In this document: positions 24,496 through 36,883 of the stretch, piece after piece
Position numbering within the stretch: the first letter of the stretch is position 1
Layout of the letters: each line of letters starts with the position of its first letter
Source: Basidiobolus meristosporus CBS 931.73
Taxonomy: Eukaryota > Fungi > Basidiobolomycota
Reading direction: 5' to 3'
Assembly: GCA_002104905.1 (NCBI GenBank)
Contig: MCFE01000163.1
Location: 83,986 to 147,985, forward strand
Length of the DNA stretch: 64,000 bases
Position numbers and translations under genes: made by a program
The notes under the pieces: model-generated
The model's database searches: none
What the model was told of the DNA's origin: nothing
The model's input: only the letters and a program-made list of their open reading frames with translations

Positions 24496-25606
24496 TTAAT
24501 CGAAGAGACCGAAGCCCATGTCATCATCAGACTCCTCAGCGGCTTCCTCGACCTTAGCGGCGGCAGCGGGAGCATCAGAGGTAGCAGCGGCGGCAGGGGC
24601 GGCAACAGCGAAGGCAGAAGGATCAGCAAGGTAAGCCTTGATCTGTAACGGGAACCATGCGGTTAGTAGGTGTGGGTGAGAAAGGAAGAATTGTCCCAAT
24701 GGTTTGTCAGGAAAAAATTAGAGTGTAATAGATTTTGGTAAAATCAATGCGTGAAACGCTCAAAATAATCGTTTTCATCATTTCAAACCGATTGGGACAG
24801 TCAGTGGAAGAAAGGGTTACCTTCTCAGCGGCCTCGAAAGTGTAGTCGGTGGCAACGGAGACGGCCAAAACGTTCTTGTAGGTGTTGATAAGAACGTGGG
24901 GGACGGAAGCCAAAGTGGGGAATCCGATTTGGAGAGACAAAGCGGCAACATTTTGGACACCGGCCATGAAGTGACCAAGGAGGACATCATCGGTGATGTC
25001 CAAGATCTCGCTGGAGAAGCAGTTACCTTGGTCGTAAACTTGAAGAACCTCCATACCGTAGGTGAAGGGGGAGATGTTCAACATGTTAAGAAGGGTGGCT
25101 TCGGAAGGACCGACCTTGTGGCCGACCTTAACCAAGTGGACATCATTGATGATTTCAATGGTACCACGGGTAATCTTGGTGGGGACACCGAGAGCTTGGA
25201 AGAAGGAGGTCTTACCGGGCTCCATACCAGTGTTACCGGCAGGAATGATGACATCGACGGGAGCGACGGCACCAGACTTGGCGGGAGCAGCGACACGGTT
25301 AGCGGTAACCATCTCACGGATGTCCTTCAAGTCGGAGTTGGTGAAGACGAAACCAACGTTTCCTTTGACGAAAGGCAAGAGCTTCTCGTAGTTGGGGTTC
25401 TCCTCAAGAAGAACCTTCAAGGCACGACGGATCATGGTGTTCTTACCCATGAGAACGACACCTTCGCCACGGAGGGACTGACGAATTTGGTGCATTTGGT
25501 TGGAACCGACATTGTCGACACGGACAATGAAGATGGATTGATAGGTCTCGAGGAGATCCTTCAACTTATTGAAATATTCAACCTTCTTTTCACCCTTGGC
25601 AGGCAT
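24496..25606 (-). CDS. RPP0: 60S acidic ribosomal protein P0
   Basis: Exon 25606-24821 ([29 protein letters not shown]), intron 24643-24820, exon 24642-24496 ending [13 protein letters not shown]. Confidence 0.98.
24692..24799 (-). ncRNA. Intronic box C/D snoRNA guiding 18S rRNA 2'-O-methylation (snR53-like target region)
   Basis: C box ATGATGA (24781-24775), D box CTGA (24710-24707), terminal stems TGTCCCAAT/ATTGGGACA and GGTTTG/CAAACC. The 16-nt guide ACACTCTAATTTTTTC is complementary to the conserved 18S sequence GAAAAAATTAGAGTGT. Confidence 0.88.
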
Positions 25607-26285
25607 TTTAATCTAGACAACAGCAAAATCTTAGTCAAGGCACTAGATGGATGTCATCAACTGCACTTATGATTCACATACCAAAGCAAATCCAACCGGA
25701 AGTAGAGGACGAGACGAATCTGCTGAAAACCGAATTTAAAGTAGTGTCATCGGGCAACCATCCGCCCTGATTGGACATCTCACTGGATGAAAAAAACTTT
25801 GCCAGTCGGGTGAGATTTTTTTTAACCAGGGGTATGTTACTTAGGCCAAACTAAATGCTGCCATTGACCGCACTAGATATATACGAACTATGTGCCGCCA
25901 TACACCACGGTGGTTTTATGCAAACTATATGATATCACACCAGATAGATGCTGGCTATATGCTGCCAGATACCGCACCACTGGTACCACTACAAACCATA
26001 TGCACGCGGCCTCGTTGACATGATCCAATTTATTAAAGATTCTCTATGGTGATAGTGTGGGGAGGGCAGAAACAACTTGGGTTGGCGCGGTATTAAAGGG
26101 GCCGACAACACGACGAAAAAGAGACCAAAACACTGAGATGAAAGTTTCCTTGTACATTGACTGGTGGTATTAAAGGGGATAGAGAAATAGCACTGCAGAT
26201 GGGTTGTGCCGAGGGGGGAAGGGTTTAGACGCTGCCAACATGGCCTACGGCTACTGAGGAGAGGGTAGGGTCAAGGATCGAGAGT

Positions 26286-27553
26286 TCAGGCCCGAGGAAT
26301 GTCGATCACAGTGTCCAGGACTGCCGTGACATCCTCCACATCTTTGAGGTCCTCCAAGAAAGGAACCAGATCCAGCAGCTCCGTGTCGTGTGGGTCGTTG
26401 AACCAGGAGCTCACTGGCACAGCATTGGTTGGGTGGAATATGTAGCTAGCTGGAGAATTATCAAGGATCATCACCTCGCGTATGTCCCGGCCTAGTTGGG
26501 ACAGGTCCTGATGCAAATAGATGAGCAACAGCCCTCAGCACGCCTGAAAGAAAGAGGGACTAACCTTTACGTAGTTCCCGCCATAGTTGTAGCACGATTC
26601 TCTGAACAACCGGTAGTGCACCACCTTGTGGATGTCAAGCATGTCCAAGACTGGATCGGCGTACTACAGGAAGAGACAGTCATCAACAAAGCTGAATCGG
26701 AGCGTATTGTGGAGGGGGTGTCGTTACTTTGGCCAAGCTCGCGGTGAATACCACAATCTCGAAGGATTTCCCGACCTCCTTCAGGAATTCGTCTACTCCT
26801 GGACGTTTCAAGACGTACACATTATGGTACTGCCCCTCTATCTCTACTGGAATCACAAAATCCGCCTGCTCGACGACCTGATCATGTGCTGCGATTAGGC
26901 CAATATCAGATGGATACGGTCAGCTTCGATTTACCTTGAAGGAGCTATGGACCAACGTCTCGTCGAGGTCAAGAACAAGGCATTTCCTGCCCTGATGTTC
27001 CTTGGCGACGGGGCCTAGTAGATACTTGTTCTCGACCTAGCTTACGGTTACCTAAGGTATGTAGGGAACAACGAACCGGGCTCACTTACTTGAGTGGGAG
27101 GCTCAACAACTGGTTGAACTTCCGGGGTTGGAGGAGCGGTTTCTTCTTTTTCGGGAAGCAGGCTAGTGGACGAAGCTTTGGAAGCTGGCGCGTGTTTATC
27201 GTGGTTAGGTTGTGGAGCCGGTGGTTTGACCTCCTCGGCAGGTTCGTCGAGGTACGCCTTGGCACCACAGGCGCAGCGTAGCAGCTTTGTTAGGAACGAG
27301 CGAGAGGATTTCTGCCCAGACTTCTTTCTATGAGCTGAAGAGGCTTTTCCCTTGTTGAAAAGGGTGTCTTTCGGCCGCGGATCTGAATTCAGAAGGAGGG
27401 GTAAGAATCAGGGGGATGGAGACCTCATACGAGCGGGGTACCTTTCTCCTCCACACCAGGCAAAGGCTGTCCTGAGGCGTGACTACCTTCCTGCCATACT
27501 TGGGCAATGGGATTATTATTGGCGTTAATTACTTGAGCGCTTACTCCGGTCAT
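26286..27553 (-). CDS. PSR1: PSR1/PSR2-type small CTD (NIF/HAD) phosphatase, multi-exon
   Basis: [58 protein letters not shown]. The start at 27553 is inferred from manual splicing. Confidence 0.9.
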
Positions 27554-28419
27554 AGTAAAGTTATCGTGTGTTTAAAGCGACTTTCAAAAAAATACAAAGG
27601 TTATATATTCACAAAGCAAAATTCCAAGGGAAATAGTGAGAATAAGGGGGATGCCCAGTGGTACGGAGGATGGGAGCTTGTGTTGCGGGAGAAGCGCTTA
27701 TGTTACAAGAGGAGAAATAGCGAAAACGTTATTGCGGATACAAAGAGGGGGGACCAGAGGATATAGTTGGGAGAGTAGCTGGGCAAGCAGAAAAGACAAA
27801 TGTTCAAACGCACACCATCAATTCATGGAACCTCGTGCGAGTTGCTTCAGCAGTATTATTAGGAATGTTACTTGAATCAATTCTTAATTGAAGTTAGAAA
27901 AGGAGATCTATTGTAATCATGAACATAAATATAAGGAAAAGGAGATCCATTATGACCCATCCAGCAGTATTAAGGACCAGCAGTTTCCCCTTATTCTTAA
28001 GGTACAGCTAGAACAGAAAGGGATGGCATTTGTCGACGAAAACATCGCCATTGGCCTCTGAAATATTCCCCCATTTTCCTCGTCAATGTGGCACACCGTA
28101 TGACCGTGTGTCACTCAAACATCCTACATACTCGCTACTGATCCATCGGACAGATCTGAGCTCCAGAATAGATAATTCCACAACACTCCTGCTGCTTAAT
28201 CAGCTGAAACATGACCAGGAAGACCATCAACTATCGACCATCAGCCCTAACATTGTACTTGAGATGAAGATTGATACGCATGCTGGTCTAGGCAGATACA
28301 AATCAGGACTGCTTTTCCCTGAGGTTATACTATTTAGTCATTGAATATCAATCAGGAAAACTCCCTAGTATCAATCAGCTTCATTTAATACCCTTTCTAG
28401 TTCCCACATCTTTACCGTA

Positions 28420-29849
28420 ATGAGCAACCCACCACAACCAGATCCCTTCACCAGTGCTCGTTTTCAAAAAGCTCTCCAAATCATCAGCAGTTTTCCTGTT
28501 GACAGCTCCACCCTAAACCCAACCATCCAAGAACGTTTGGAGGTACAGACCAAGACTCCAATTATTCAGTACCGCAGCTAGTGCTAATCCCCTTCGTTTC
28601 GCCACAGTTCTACGGTCTTTACAAACAGGCCACCGTTGGTAACTGTACCATTTCAAAGCCCCCCATCTACGACCTGGTTGCCAGAAGTAAATGGTTGATT
28701 GCTGGGTTTGGATTTGCTGCCGGTTGACCCGTCCTAAACTCTTTGTTCGATAGGGAATCTTGGTGCTCTTATAAGGATCTAGAAAAGCAACATGCCAAAG
28801 AAAGATATGTGGAGCTTCTTGTACAGGTACGTGCCGACGAACCCCAAGTTTCCCAACGAAACGTCTAAGCTAACCGCGGCCATAAAAGTTTCTGAAAAAA
28901 TTCCCGGATATACCTCAGGCCATCACCCTTGTGGACGCTTTTGAGCGTTCTCGAAGGGGATCTGATCCCGAGATGAGCAACGTGGGAAACGAAGGTACTT
29001 CAACACTTGAAAAAGTTCTCAGCAACATAAATTGAAGTGGAAGCCTTAAATTGGTAGTGTTGGCCAAATCGGAATCCGATACCGACTCTCCGGTTCCTTT
29101 AGAAGAGGGGGACTTCTATTCTGACGAGGATCAAATGGGCCAGAGCGGAAATATGAGCGAGCTCTCTGGCACCTACGGGAATAAAAAGTCCAGGAGCCTC
29201 ACAAACTACCAAGGACAACTGTTCGCTAACCCCTCGTACATGCCAGGAAACAGCAACCATCTCGCAAACTCGTCGTCGTCTATTTTCTCCGGCTACCAAG
29301 GCAAAGGGGGGTACACTCAGCCAACAGGAAGGTCTAGGGATGACTACCGAGATGATGGCGGAGAGTCCAGCTCCAATCCTGAGGCGGAGAGGGCACTGGA
29401 GTATCTTCAAACCCAGGTCGCTGCCTTGAACGAAAGAATCGAAATCCTCCGCAGAGAAATCGTCGACAGAGAGAAGAAAAAGTTGCAGGAGAAGCACGGG
29501 ATCAAGCACGTGCTTAAAGTAAGAGCGCGCCTTCGTTCGCCAAGAAGCACCACTAACCTGGCAATTCTTCCCGTAGACCATCATCAAACACGCATTCATC
29601 GACTTTGTGATAGTGGCCATCCTGTTCACCTACTTTTACCGAAAAGGCCACCCGCTGGCGTTTATCATAGGGACGCAGCTTCGACAGCATCTCACACAAA
29701 CCCTGCTCACCGTCGTGGCAACTCTCAAAGGTAATCGGCACTTTTATCACGATTGCTTCCCCACATTACTAAGACAGCCCACCAGATGCGCCGAAGCTTT
29801 GGAAACTAATCAAATGGTCCCCTCGTCAGAGTTAATTCGGATGGAATAA
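28420..29849 (+). CDS. Acyl-CoA-binding-domain protein with C-terminal coiled coil and membrane anchor (ACBD5/Atg37-like), multi-exon
   Basis: RFQKALQII..., FYGLYKQATVGNC...KW...W (ACBP fold); C-terminal KHAFIDFVIVAILFTYFYRK. The 3' end is approximate. Confidence 0.8.
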
Positions 29850-30149
29850 GTTGTAAATGATGAGATTGTTCTCGAGAAAATTTTTATCAATTCCTGTCCA
29901 CCAATCTAATAAATCCTGTGTATTTCTGAGGGAATCTGGATAAATTACTGCCAATCAATCGAATCTCATTTAAGGTGGTCTTGAATGGGAAACCAGGCGA
30001 GATTAAGCACCACCGAAAGAATTGAAAAAAATTGTCCCTTCTCTTAATTTTCCCGAAACCAGACGAACATATTGACATACTTGCAGAGAGTTGCTAAAAC
30101 AAGCGCTGTATCTCATACCCCTTAGAGTACTTGGAAAAACTGCCGGAAA

Positions 30150-32429
30150 ATGCTGCGCGGCTTGGCACGACGTTCTGCCTTACTAAACAATAGGTCTACT
30201 CTTTCGAAATGCGTGCAACATGGACGTCGTTTCAGTCTAGTCAGGCCTTTAGCTTCAGCCGTAACCAAAAAGGCCTTAGGTATGAATCCTTCTGGACAGA
30301 GCCTTCCATTTATACTTTGTTCACATGCTCTTCCCCATCTAGAAGCTCGCCCCACCCTCTTAAAAACCCCAGGGGAGCAGGTGCTGGAAAGCTCTGCATC
30401 TAGCGCTCTCCATGCTGAGATTAAAGAGCTGGTCTATAACAATGCTTCCCCTACTCTTGAATCCTTTCATCAAGCACTCAAAAGCTGTGCGGCAGCAGGG
30501 GATTTGAACAGTGCTCTTGAGGTTCTAACATCCATGTATAGTGAGACCACTCGCTCGGTTACTCCATCATTCGAAACATACCAACTCCTACTTGAAACTG
30601 CCAAAGAATCCGCCGACGTCGACCTTACCATTTTCCTAGTCAAAAGTGTCTTGGAGGGAAGAGCGCCGGTAGCTTACAGCTCCGGACAACAACCGGAGGT
30701 GGCTTTGAACCTGAGCGAATTCACCGCGGAGAGTTTGGAATTGAATTTGGACGTGTGGGAATCGTGCCTTTCTGCCTTGGTCTCTCCGAGCAAGATATGG
30801 TCCGATGACTACGGCCGTTTGGGCACCGAGGCCCTTTGGGTGTTGCAGAAAATGAAGGAAGTCGGGGTCAGATCGTTCAATGAGAACATCTGGGGCTTGT
30901 TCATTCGGGTATGTCCGGTTTGGTTCGCTGATCCTCCAACGTAGTTTCTCACGCATTCTGTTTCTAGACCCTTGGCTGCACCGGCAGCGAGGCCTCAATT
31001 CCAGGCGTTCTGCATCAATTGCTCGCTAGCGATGAGGCGATGACACCCAGTATTTATGCCCAGGCAATCTGCGCTTATTCGAGGTGCGGGAACCTTCCTA
31101 AAGCCCTGGAGCTTTACGATGAGATGGTATCCATATACGGTGCTTCTCCTTACAAGGAACCCCTTTGGGCACTTGCGATGAACACCAGCAAGGCGGGTGA
31201 CTTCGCGAACACCAAGAAGCTGGCCTTGGCGGCACAAAACCTTGATGCCGCTCACTCGTCCGAAAAGAGGTCTTATGATTTCACGCCACACTTGCTCAGG
31301 GTGAGCAGCAATGCGATCAGAAAGAAAACCGGAGTCAACAGCGAGAAGTTGATCAGCCATTGGGACTCGTTGATCGCCGAGGTTGAGGAATCTGGAAAGC
31401 TGTTCGACAAGGAGTACTTCGGGCTTTACTTGGAGGGACATGGGTGTATGAACCTATTGGACGCTCAGAAGTATCCAATTGATCATATCAAGCGCATGCT
31501 CCAATCCACAGGAAACCTCACAGGCCTAGAGGCGTATCAGGCAGCCATTGCTAGCTATGCCAGAACAGGCGAGTGTGCCGAGAAGCCTAAATTCCGACTA
31601 CAAAGAATACTCGAGATCGGCGAGATGATGAAGGCCCAAGGGCTCGAGTTCGATGCTACCGTGTATTACCACATGTTCGAAGCATGTCTACCCCATCAGG
31701 TTTTCGCCTACGGGCCCGAATCCAACATCACCTCCATCAAAAACGCCTCCCTGGACTACGACTTTGACTGGTCCGTGTACGACGTTGAGCGAATGATGAT
31801 GAAGCAAGGGATCGCACACAACCGCAAGACGTTGTTGGCCATGTTCTATGGGTTCGCCTTTGGTGGCCAATACGAGTCGATCAAACGCCGCTGGCGTGAA
31901 TTGAGTCTGTCCAGGGTGCACCGCGACCGCGACCTTTACACCTCACTGGTGTCCATCCTCAAGGAAGACTACAAAGAAGCGATCTACGCGTTGACGGTCG
32001 TGCGCCATCAGATGTCAAGGGAAAGCCCACCTATCGAGCCGGATGCCAATCTGTTCAGTGCAGCTATTCGATTGCTGCTCGCTAACAAAGGATACCTCAG
32101 CCACCCTTGATGTGTTGGACTCCTTCAGCCAGAGCCAGGCCCGGCCGACCGAGGCGATGTACGAGTCCCTGGTGAGGGCGTGTCTAAGTGCGCCCCGACT
32201 GCTTGATCGAGCTATGGAGATCATCAACCGAGCCAAGGCCCAGGAGATCACGCTCTCGGACAGCACCTGGGAGATGGTGGTCACACACCTCTTAACCAAG
32301 GAGAAAAACCCCAAAGAGGCCAGATTCACATTCAATGCGTACACCGCCATCCGACTGATGAACAAGGTTCCGCCCTCCGACTGGATCCGAGTGATGCAGT
32401 CGGAGTTCGAGAGCAAAAAGCGAAAATGA
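30150..32429 (+). CDS. Mitochondrial pentatricopeptide-repeat (PPR) protein; 1-nt frameshift at about 32067
   Basis: Basic, Ser/Arg-rich presequence; intron 30909-30967; repeated PPR-like helices (PSIYAQAICAYSRCGNLPKALELYDEM; PTEAMYESLVRAC). Confidence 0.8.
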
Positions 32430-32767
32430 GCCCCACCCCACTCCGCCTCCCCCCCCCACCACAAGCACATTCATTCCCAACTTAGCATGTTTGAAGTAAT
32501 TTCTCACTCGGTTGTTCTCTATACAGCATAGACGGCATTTTTCACGATGTACATTGATCAACCACCTTTGTTTCTTAATAAATCGCATTCGTCTTGTACT
32601 GTTCCACCTCCCGCACCACACTACTCTGTCGTGAACGAATTTTTTTCGCAAAAATTTGTGGCCGGGCACGGGACCCCCGGAGAGCCAATCTGAAGATTCA
32701 ATAAAAGAAATTCAAGTGTGCCACGCATGTCTCTCTCTCCAATCTATCGTACGTCCGTTCAATCGTA

Positions 32768-33420
32768 ATGGTTAGTATACCGTTTAGCCTCGGTGTGGAG
32801 GATGGATGAACACCAACGAAGTTGGATCTATGCTAGCGGACGTTCACTAAACTTCTCAATCCTAGGGTATCGACATTAAGAAACACCACGTTAAGAACGG
32901 CAACAGAACTGAGCCTCGTAGCCAGGATGTCTACCTTCGCTTGTTGGTGAAGTTGTATCGCTTCCTTGCCCGTCGTACTGATGCCAACTTCAACAAGGTC
33001 ATCTTGAAGCGTCTCTTTATGTCTCGCGTCAACCGCCCCCCTCTCTCCATCTCCCGCTTGGCCCGTTACGTCAAGGGTAAGGAGGGTAAGATCGCCGTTG
33101 TCGTTGGTACCGTTACCGACGATGAGCGTCTCTTGGAGGTCCCTAAGCTCTCCATCTGCGCTCTTCGTGTCACCAAGACCGCTCGCGCCAGAATCTTGAA
33201 GGCCGGTGGTGAGATCATCACTTTCGACCAATTGGCCCTTCGTTCCCCCACCGGTTCCAACACCGTTCTCTTGAGAGGTCCCAAGAACTCTCGTGAGGCC
33301 GTCAAGCACTTCGGTGCCGCTGGTGTTCCCAAGAGCCACGCCAAGCCCTATGTTCGCTCCAAGGGACGCAAGTTCGAACGTGCCAGAGGACGTCGTGCTA
33401 GCCGTGGCTACAAGAACTAA
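32768..33420 (+). CDS. RPL18: 60S ribosomal protein L18 (eL18)
   Basis: ATG-only exon 32768-32770, intron 32771-32865, then GIDIKKHH...[19 protein letters not shown]. Confidence 0.98.
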
Positions 33421-34706
33421 GCAGTTCACCACTCGATTAGACGGTCATCTTCCATTGAGCCTTTGGTCAATCATTGGTAACATTGGCATCCGGATCATCA
33501 TTCATAATAAACAATTCCCGATACTAGCCAACTTATGTGACATCTTCTATCAGTTAATTAAATGCGTGGTTAAGTTATCCCAGGCATCCCCATGCTTATC
33601 AATCGAATCCACGGGAGGAGACGCTTCGGTGCTTATCTATTTACTTAAAGCTTATCACGCTGCCTAAAGCAAAACAAACCAGACAAATTAACCTCGGATT
33701 AGGACGAACGCTCATATTAAGGCCGGAAATCCCGCGATGAAAGGGGATACTGGGTCCGGATACGGAAGCGTATAGGCTCGTGTCTTGATATTAGACATTG
33801 TACTAGGCAGGTCGATATGTCCATGTGATATGGATGCTTGTTTTTGGCTCCTTTTAAGCACAAAGTGTGGTCCGTTCATAGGCGACTGATGATAAGGCTT
33901 AAACGAGCAACATGCAAAGTCACCATTTTCACCAGTTAAGTGCACAAGCCGCATCATGATGATTTGTCCTGCGATCCAAATGCGTAGGATGGGCTTGGCG
34001 AGTGCCTATTCAGGCTAGATATGATGAGCGTAGACAACGAAAATCCACCATTAAAATCCACCATTAAATTGTTATTGTCGTTCCCAAGAATAGTGTGCGG
34101 GAATCGTGTGCGAATGGACCGCCAGGCGGAGGCTTCACTGGAATGGATTCGAAAGAAGATCCCTGGGTAAGTGAAGCCCATTCGTCAAGCTAAATCGAAT
34201 GGAAAAAAACCCCCCAAATAAATGGACATGTGGAGTGATTGCTGCAATGCTACCAGAGATGTGGTCGAATAACAAGTGGAGGTCTAGATTTGCGAATGCA
34301 CATTTGATCTCTGTATGCTTTGATTTGCACACTCGATCCATTCTGGCGTGTATCGTTCGCCGTCTATATTGGGTAAGGTGCATCTTGGATGGTTGGCCCA
34401 GAGTCAAGCTGTGCTACAGTGGCAGCGATATGTCGATATTCTTCAGATAGATGCACCACAACCTAACCGCATATGATATATCTTAAATTGGTAGATCAAA
34501 CGATTGATGCATCTCCGCTATATACAGCCCAATACACAACAAACTCGCCGAAAATTCTTCTTGGATGTCTATTAATTTTTACATTGGAAGTTTCATACAT
34601 GTGCCAACGAATGAACATGGGGGTGATGAGATTGAGGAGTGTAGCGCTGGTGGACAGCACTTGTCAAGCGGGAGGGAGGTGGTGATAGCAAAGCTGTGCA
34701 GTTCAT

Positions 34707-35204
34707 CTAGGGCTCAGGGGAAAGGTTCACCCACTTGAGCCGAACTTTCTTCCCACGCGAAGGTTGTTGGGGAAGAGGCATATGTGTACGCAAATGTCGC
34801 CGTAGATTGGACTCCACGTTGAAGCGCTTTTGACACCCATGGTAACTGCACTCGAATGGCTTCTCTCCGGTGTGCGAGTACATGTGGATCCGCAGCGCGC
34901 TTGGCCTCTGGAAACTTCGTGAGCATAGTGTACAGTGGTGTCTTTTATTTGTGTCGGAGGCAATGTCAGAATGGGATGGCGAACTACCGGCAGAAACTGA
35001 CTGGTGTAGCATGCCCATCCCCATGCTCTCCTCGTAGTCCTGAGTATCATCGGATTCTCGTGCGAATGGATCCTCTTGTTCTTCGAGCTCTCTGTTCGGG
35101 TATTCGATGATTACTGGTATCTTTTGGTCTACAATATCATCTGAGGTATTTAAAAGAAAGGCGATGTCCAGTCTTGAGATGTCCCGGGTGTTTCTGCTGT
35201 CCAT
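34707..35204 (-). CDS. Two-finger C2H2 zinc-finger transcription factor
   Basis: CTLCSRSFQRPSALRIHMYSH-TGEKPF-ECSYHGCQKRFNVESNLRRHLRTH. Confidence 0.9.
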   Translation of the reverse strand: MDSRNTRDISRLDIAFLLNTSDDIVDQKIPVIIEYPNRELEEQEDPFARESDDTQDYEESMGMGMLHQSVSAGSSPSHSDIASDTNKRHHCTLCSRSFQRPSALRIHMYSHTGEKPFECSYHGCQKRFNVESNLRRHLRTHMPLPQQPSRGKKVRLKWVNLSPEP

Positions 35205-36883
35205 GTAGAGTAACTGAAGAGCAAGTGGTGATTAGGTGGAGGGGGTGGCTATTGCATAAGCATCAAAGGTCTATGTCAATGTACAACGGGGAAGAATTAG
35301 TAGAAAAGGAAGTTCAAAAATGATTAGAAGCAATATGGAAACTGGAAAGCAACTCAGCAGGGAGAGTGCATCGCTTGGATTATATAGAAAACTGAGTGGA
35401 GTATCAGACAAATTTGTCATTCGTGGCCAGCAAATGAGACGATAGGGTGAGGGATTCGGCCGAATTTAGCATAGAAGGTATTATATAAGTGGTCTCATGT
35501 AATCGTGAGCCACTCTAGCCTAGAAAATGTCAAGTAAGCCTCTGGTCAACCTCGCTGCACGCAAACCTCTCTAAGACTCACTTGACTACCACCAGATTTA
35601 GTGGGCAAGCCCAAACCTAGCGAATGAATGCTCGTATCTCCTCTCCTGTTTCACCGGCATCAAATATAGTAAGGAAGGACGCGGAAAAGGCGGAAAAGGC
35701 GGGAAGCCCTGGCATCCCTTATATTTGTTTGTGAGACCCGAATATTGTGGATTTGAAACGAAGCAGCCTTGATGTTTTATTGCAATTACCCTCGTAGGTT
35801 GGTGATCGTACGGAAATCTATTTATCACCACCAACACCAAGCTGACCAATCTCGATCAGAAAGTTGCATACCATCTCACGCAATTACCTATATGGAAAGT
35901 GGGGAGGTAGGCTTTGTACTACGAGGGTCGAGCGAAAGATGAAGCGTACCGGGGAGTGAAAAGTAGTGCATCGATTGACTTTAATGGGCATGGCTGAAGT
36001 GCGCCGTGTTGGTGCTGACTTGGCCTTACTTCACATATGAGTGTGGCGAGGTCCAAGACCGCTGTCGCACATATATTCTCAATTGAAACTAGCCGCTTTT
36101 GGGTTAGTGAATAGCAAAGTACTCATCGAATAAACAGGTTGGGTGGAGTCTAGAATCTCTCTTCACCAAAATAGATTAGATATGATTCCTATAGTCTAGG
36201 GCTAGGGGTTTGATTTGGGTGAGTGCTGTGGCCTGTTCATTCCATGGAGTACTCATGATGGACCCCAGCTGGGCCGCAACAAAACACTGCTTTATTTTTA
36301 TGGCTTCTAATGGCTTTGCTTCACCGCATAGACATGATCGGAATTGATCGTCATAGAGATGTTGTGGTCGAGTCCATGAACTTTACAGAGTTGGTTAATG
36401 TTTGGATCTCGCTTAAATGGGTCCATACTGAGCTTTACATGTACCTGTGACTTTTTGGAGTTCGCTTTCATCGGATTTGCTTAGTAGAGAAGATACATCT
36501 TGTAGAAGCTTGTTGATGGTCTTCACTTCATCTGGTTTACCAAGATCACCAGTAGACTTTTAGTAATAGATCGATGTTAGTCTAGGCGTCCCTGTTCCTT
36601 CAAAACGACATGAACTTACCGAGATCAGATTTCCCTCAAGATCGGAAACGAATGACCCGGTGTGGTTGGGTAGAGAGGCAAGTGCTTGGAACGACGATTG
36701 CTCGGCCTAACGGAATTTCTGGTTAATCTCAAGCATAGCTCTGTCTCTCTCTCTACTGTGATATAACTTGTGGATGCTTTACTTACCATTTCTGTAGTTA
36801 CGAATCAAGGAAATAGCCAAAGTCACCATTGAAAATTGGGGAAGGGGAGGCACGTGATCAGGAAAATTTCATCATGCATAACT

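Noticed and set aside
24496-24699. Separate P1/P2 acidic ribosomal protein gene
   Set aside because: It is the last exon of RPP0 (AG acceptor at 24644-24643, in frame).
24896-25672. Long antisense ORFs (also 22788-23330, 32833-33432, 42006-42647, 47979-48632)
   Set aside because: Shadow frames opposite conserved, codon-biased genes.
32771-32865. snoRNA in the 95-nt RPL18 intron
   Set aside because: No D box (CTGA), terminal stem or H/ACA layout found.
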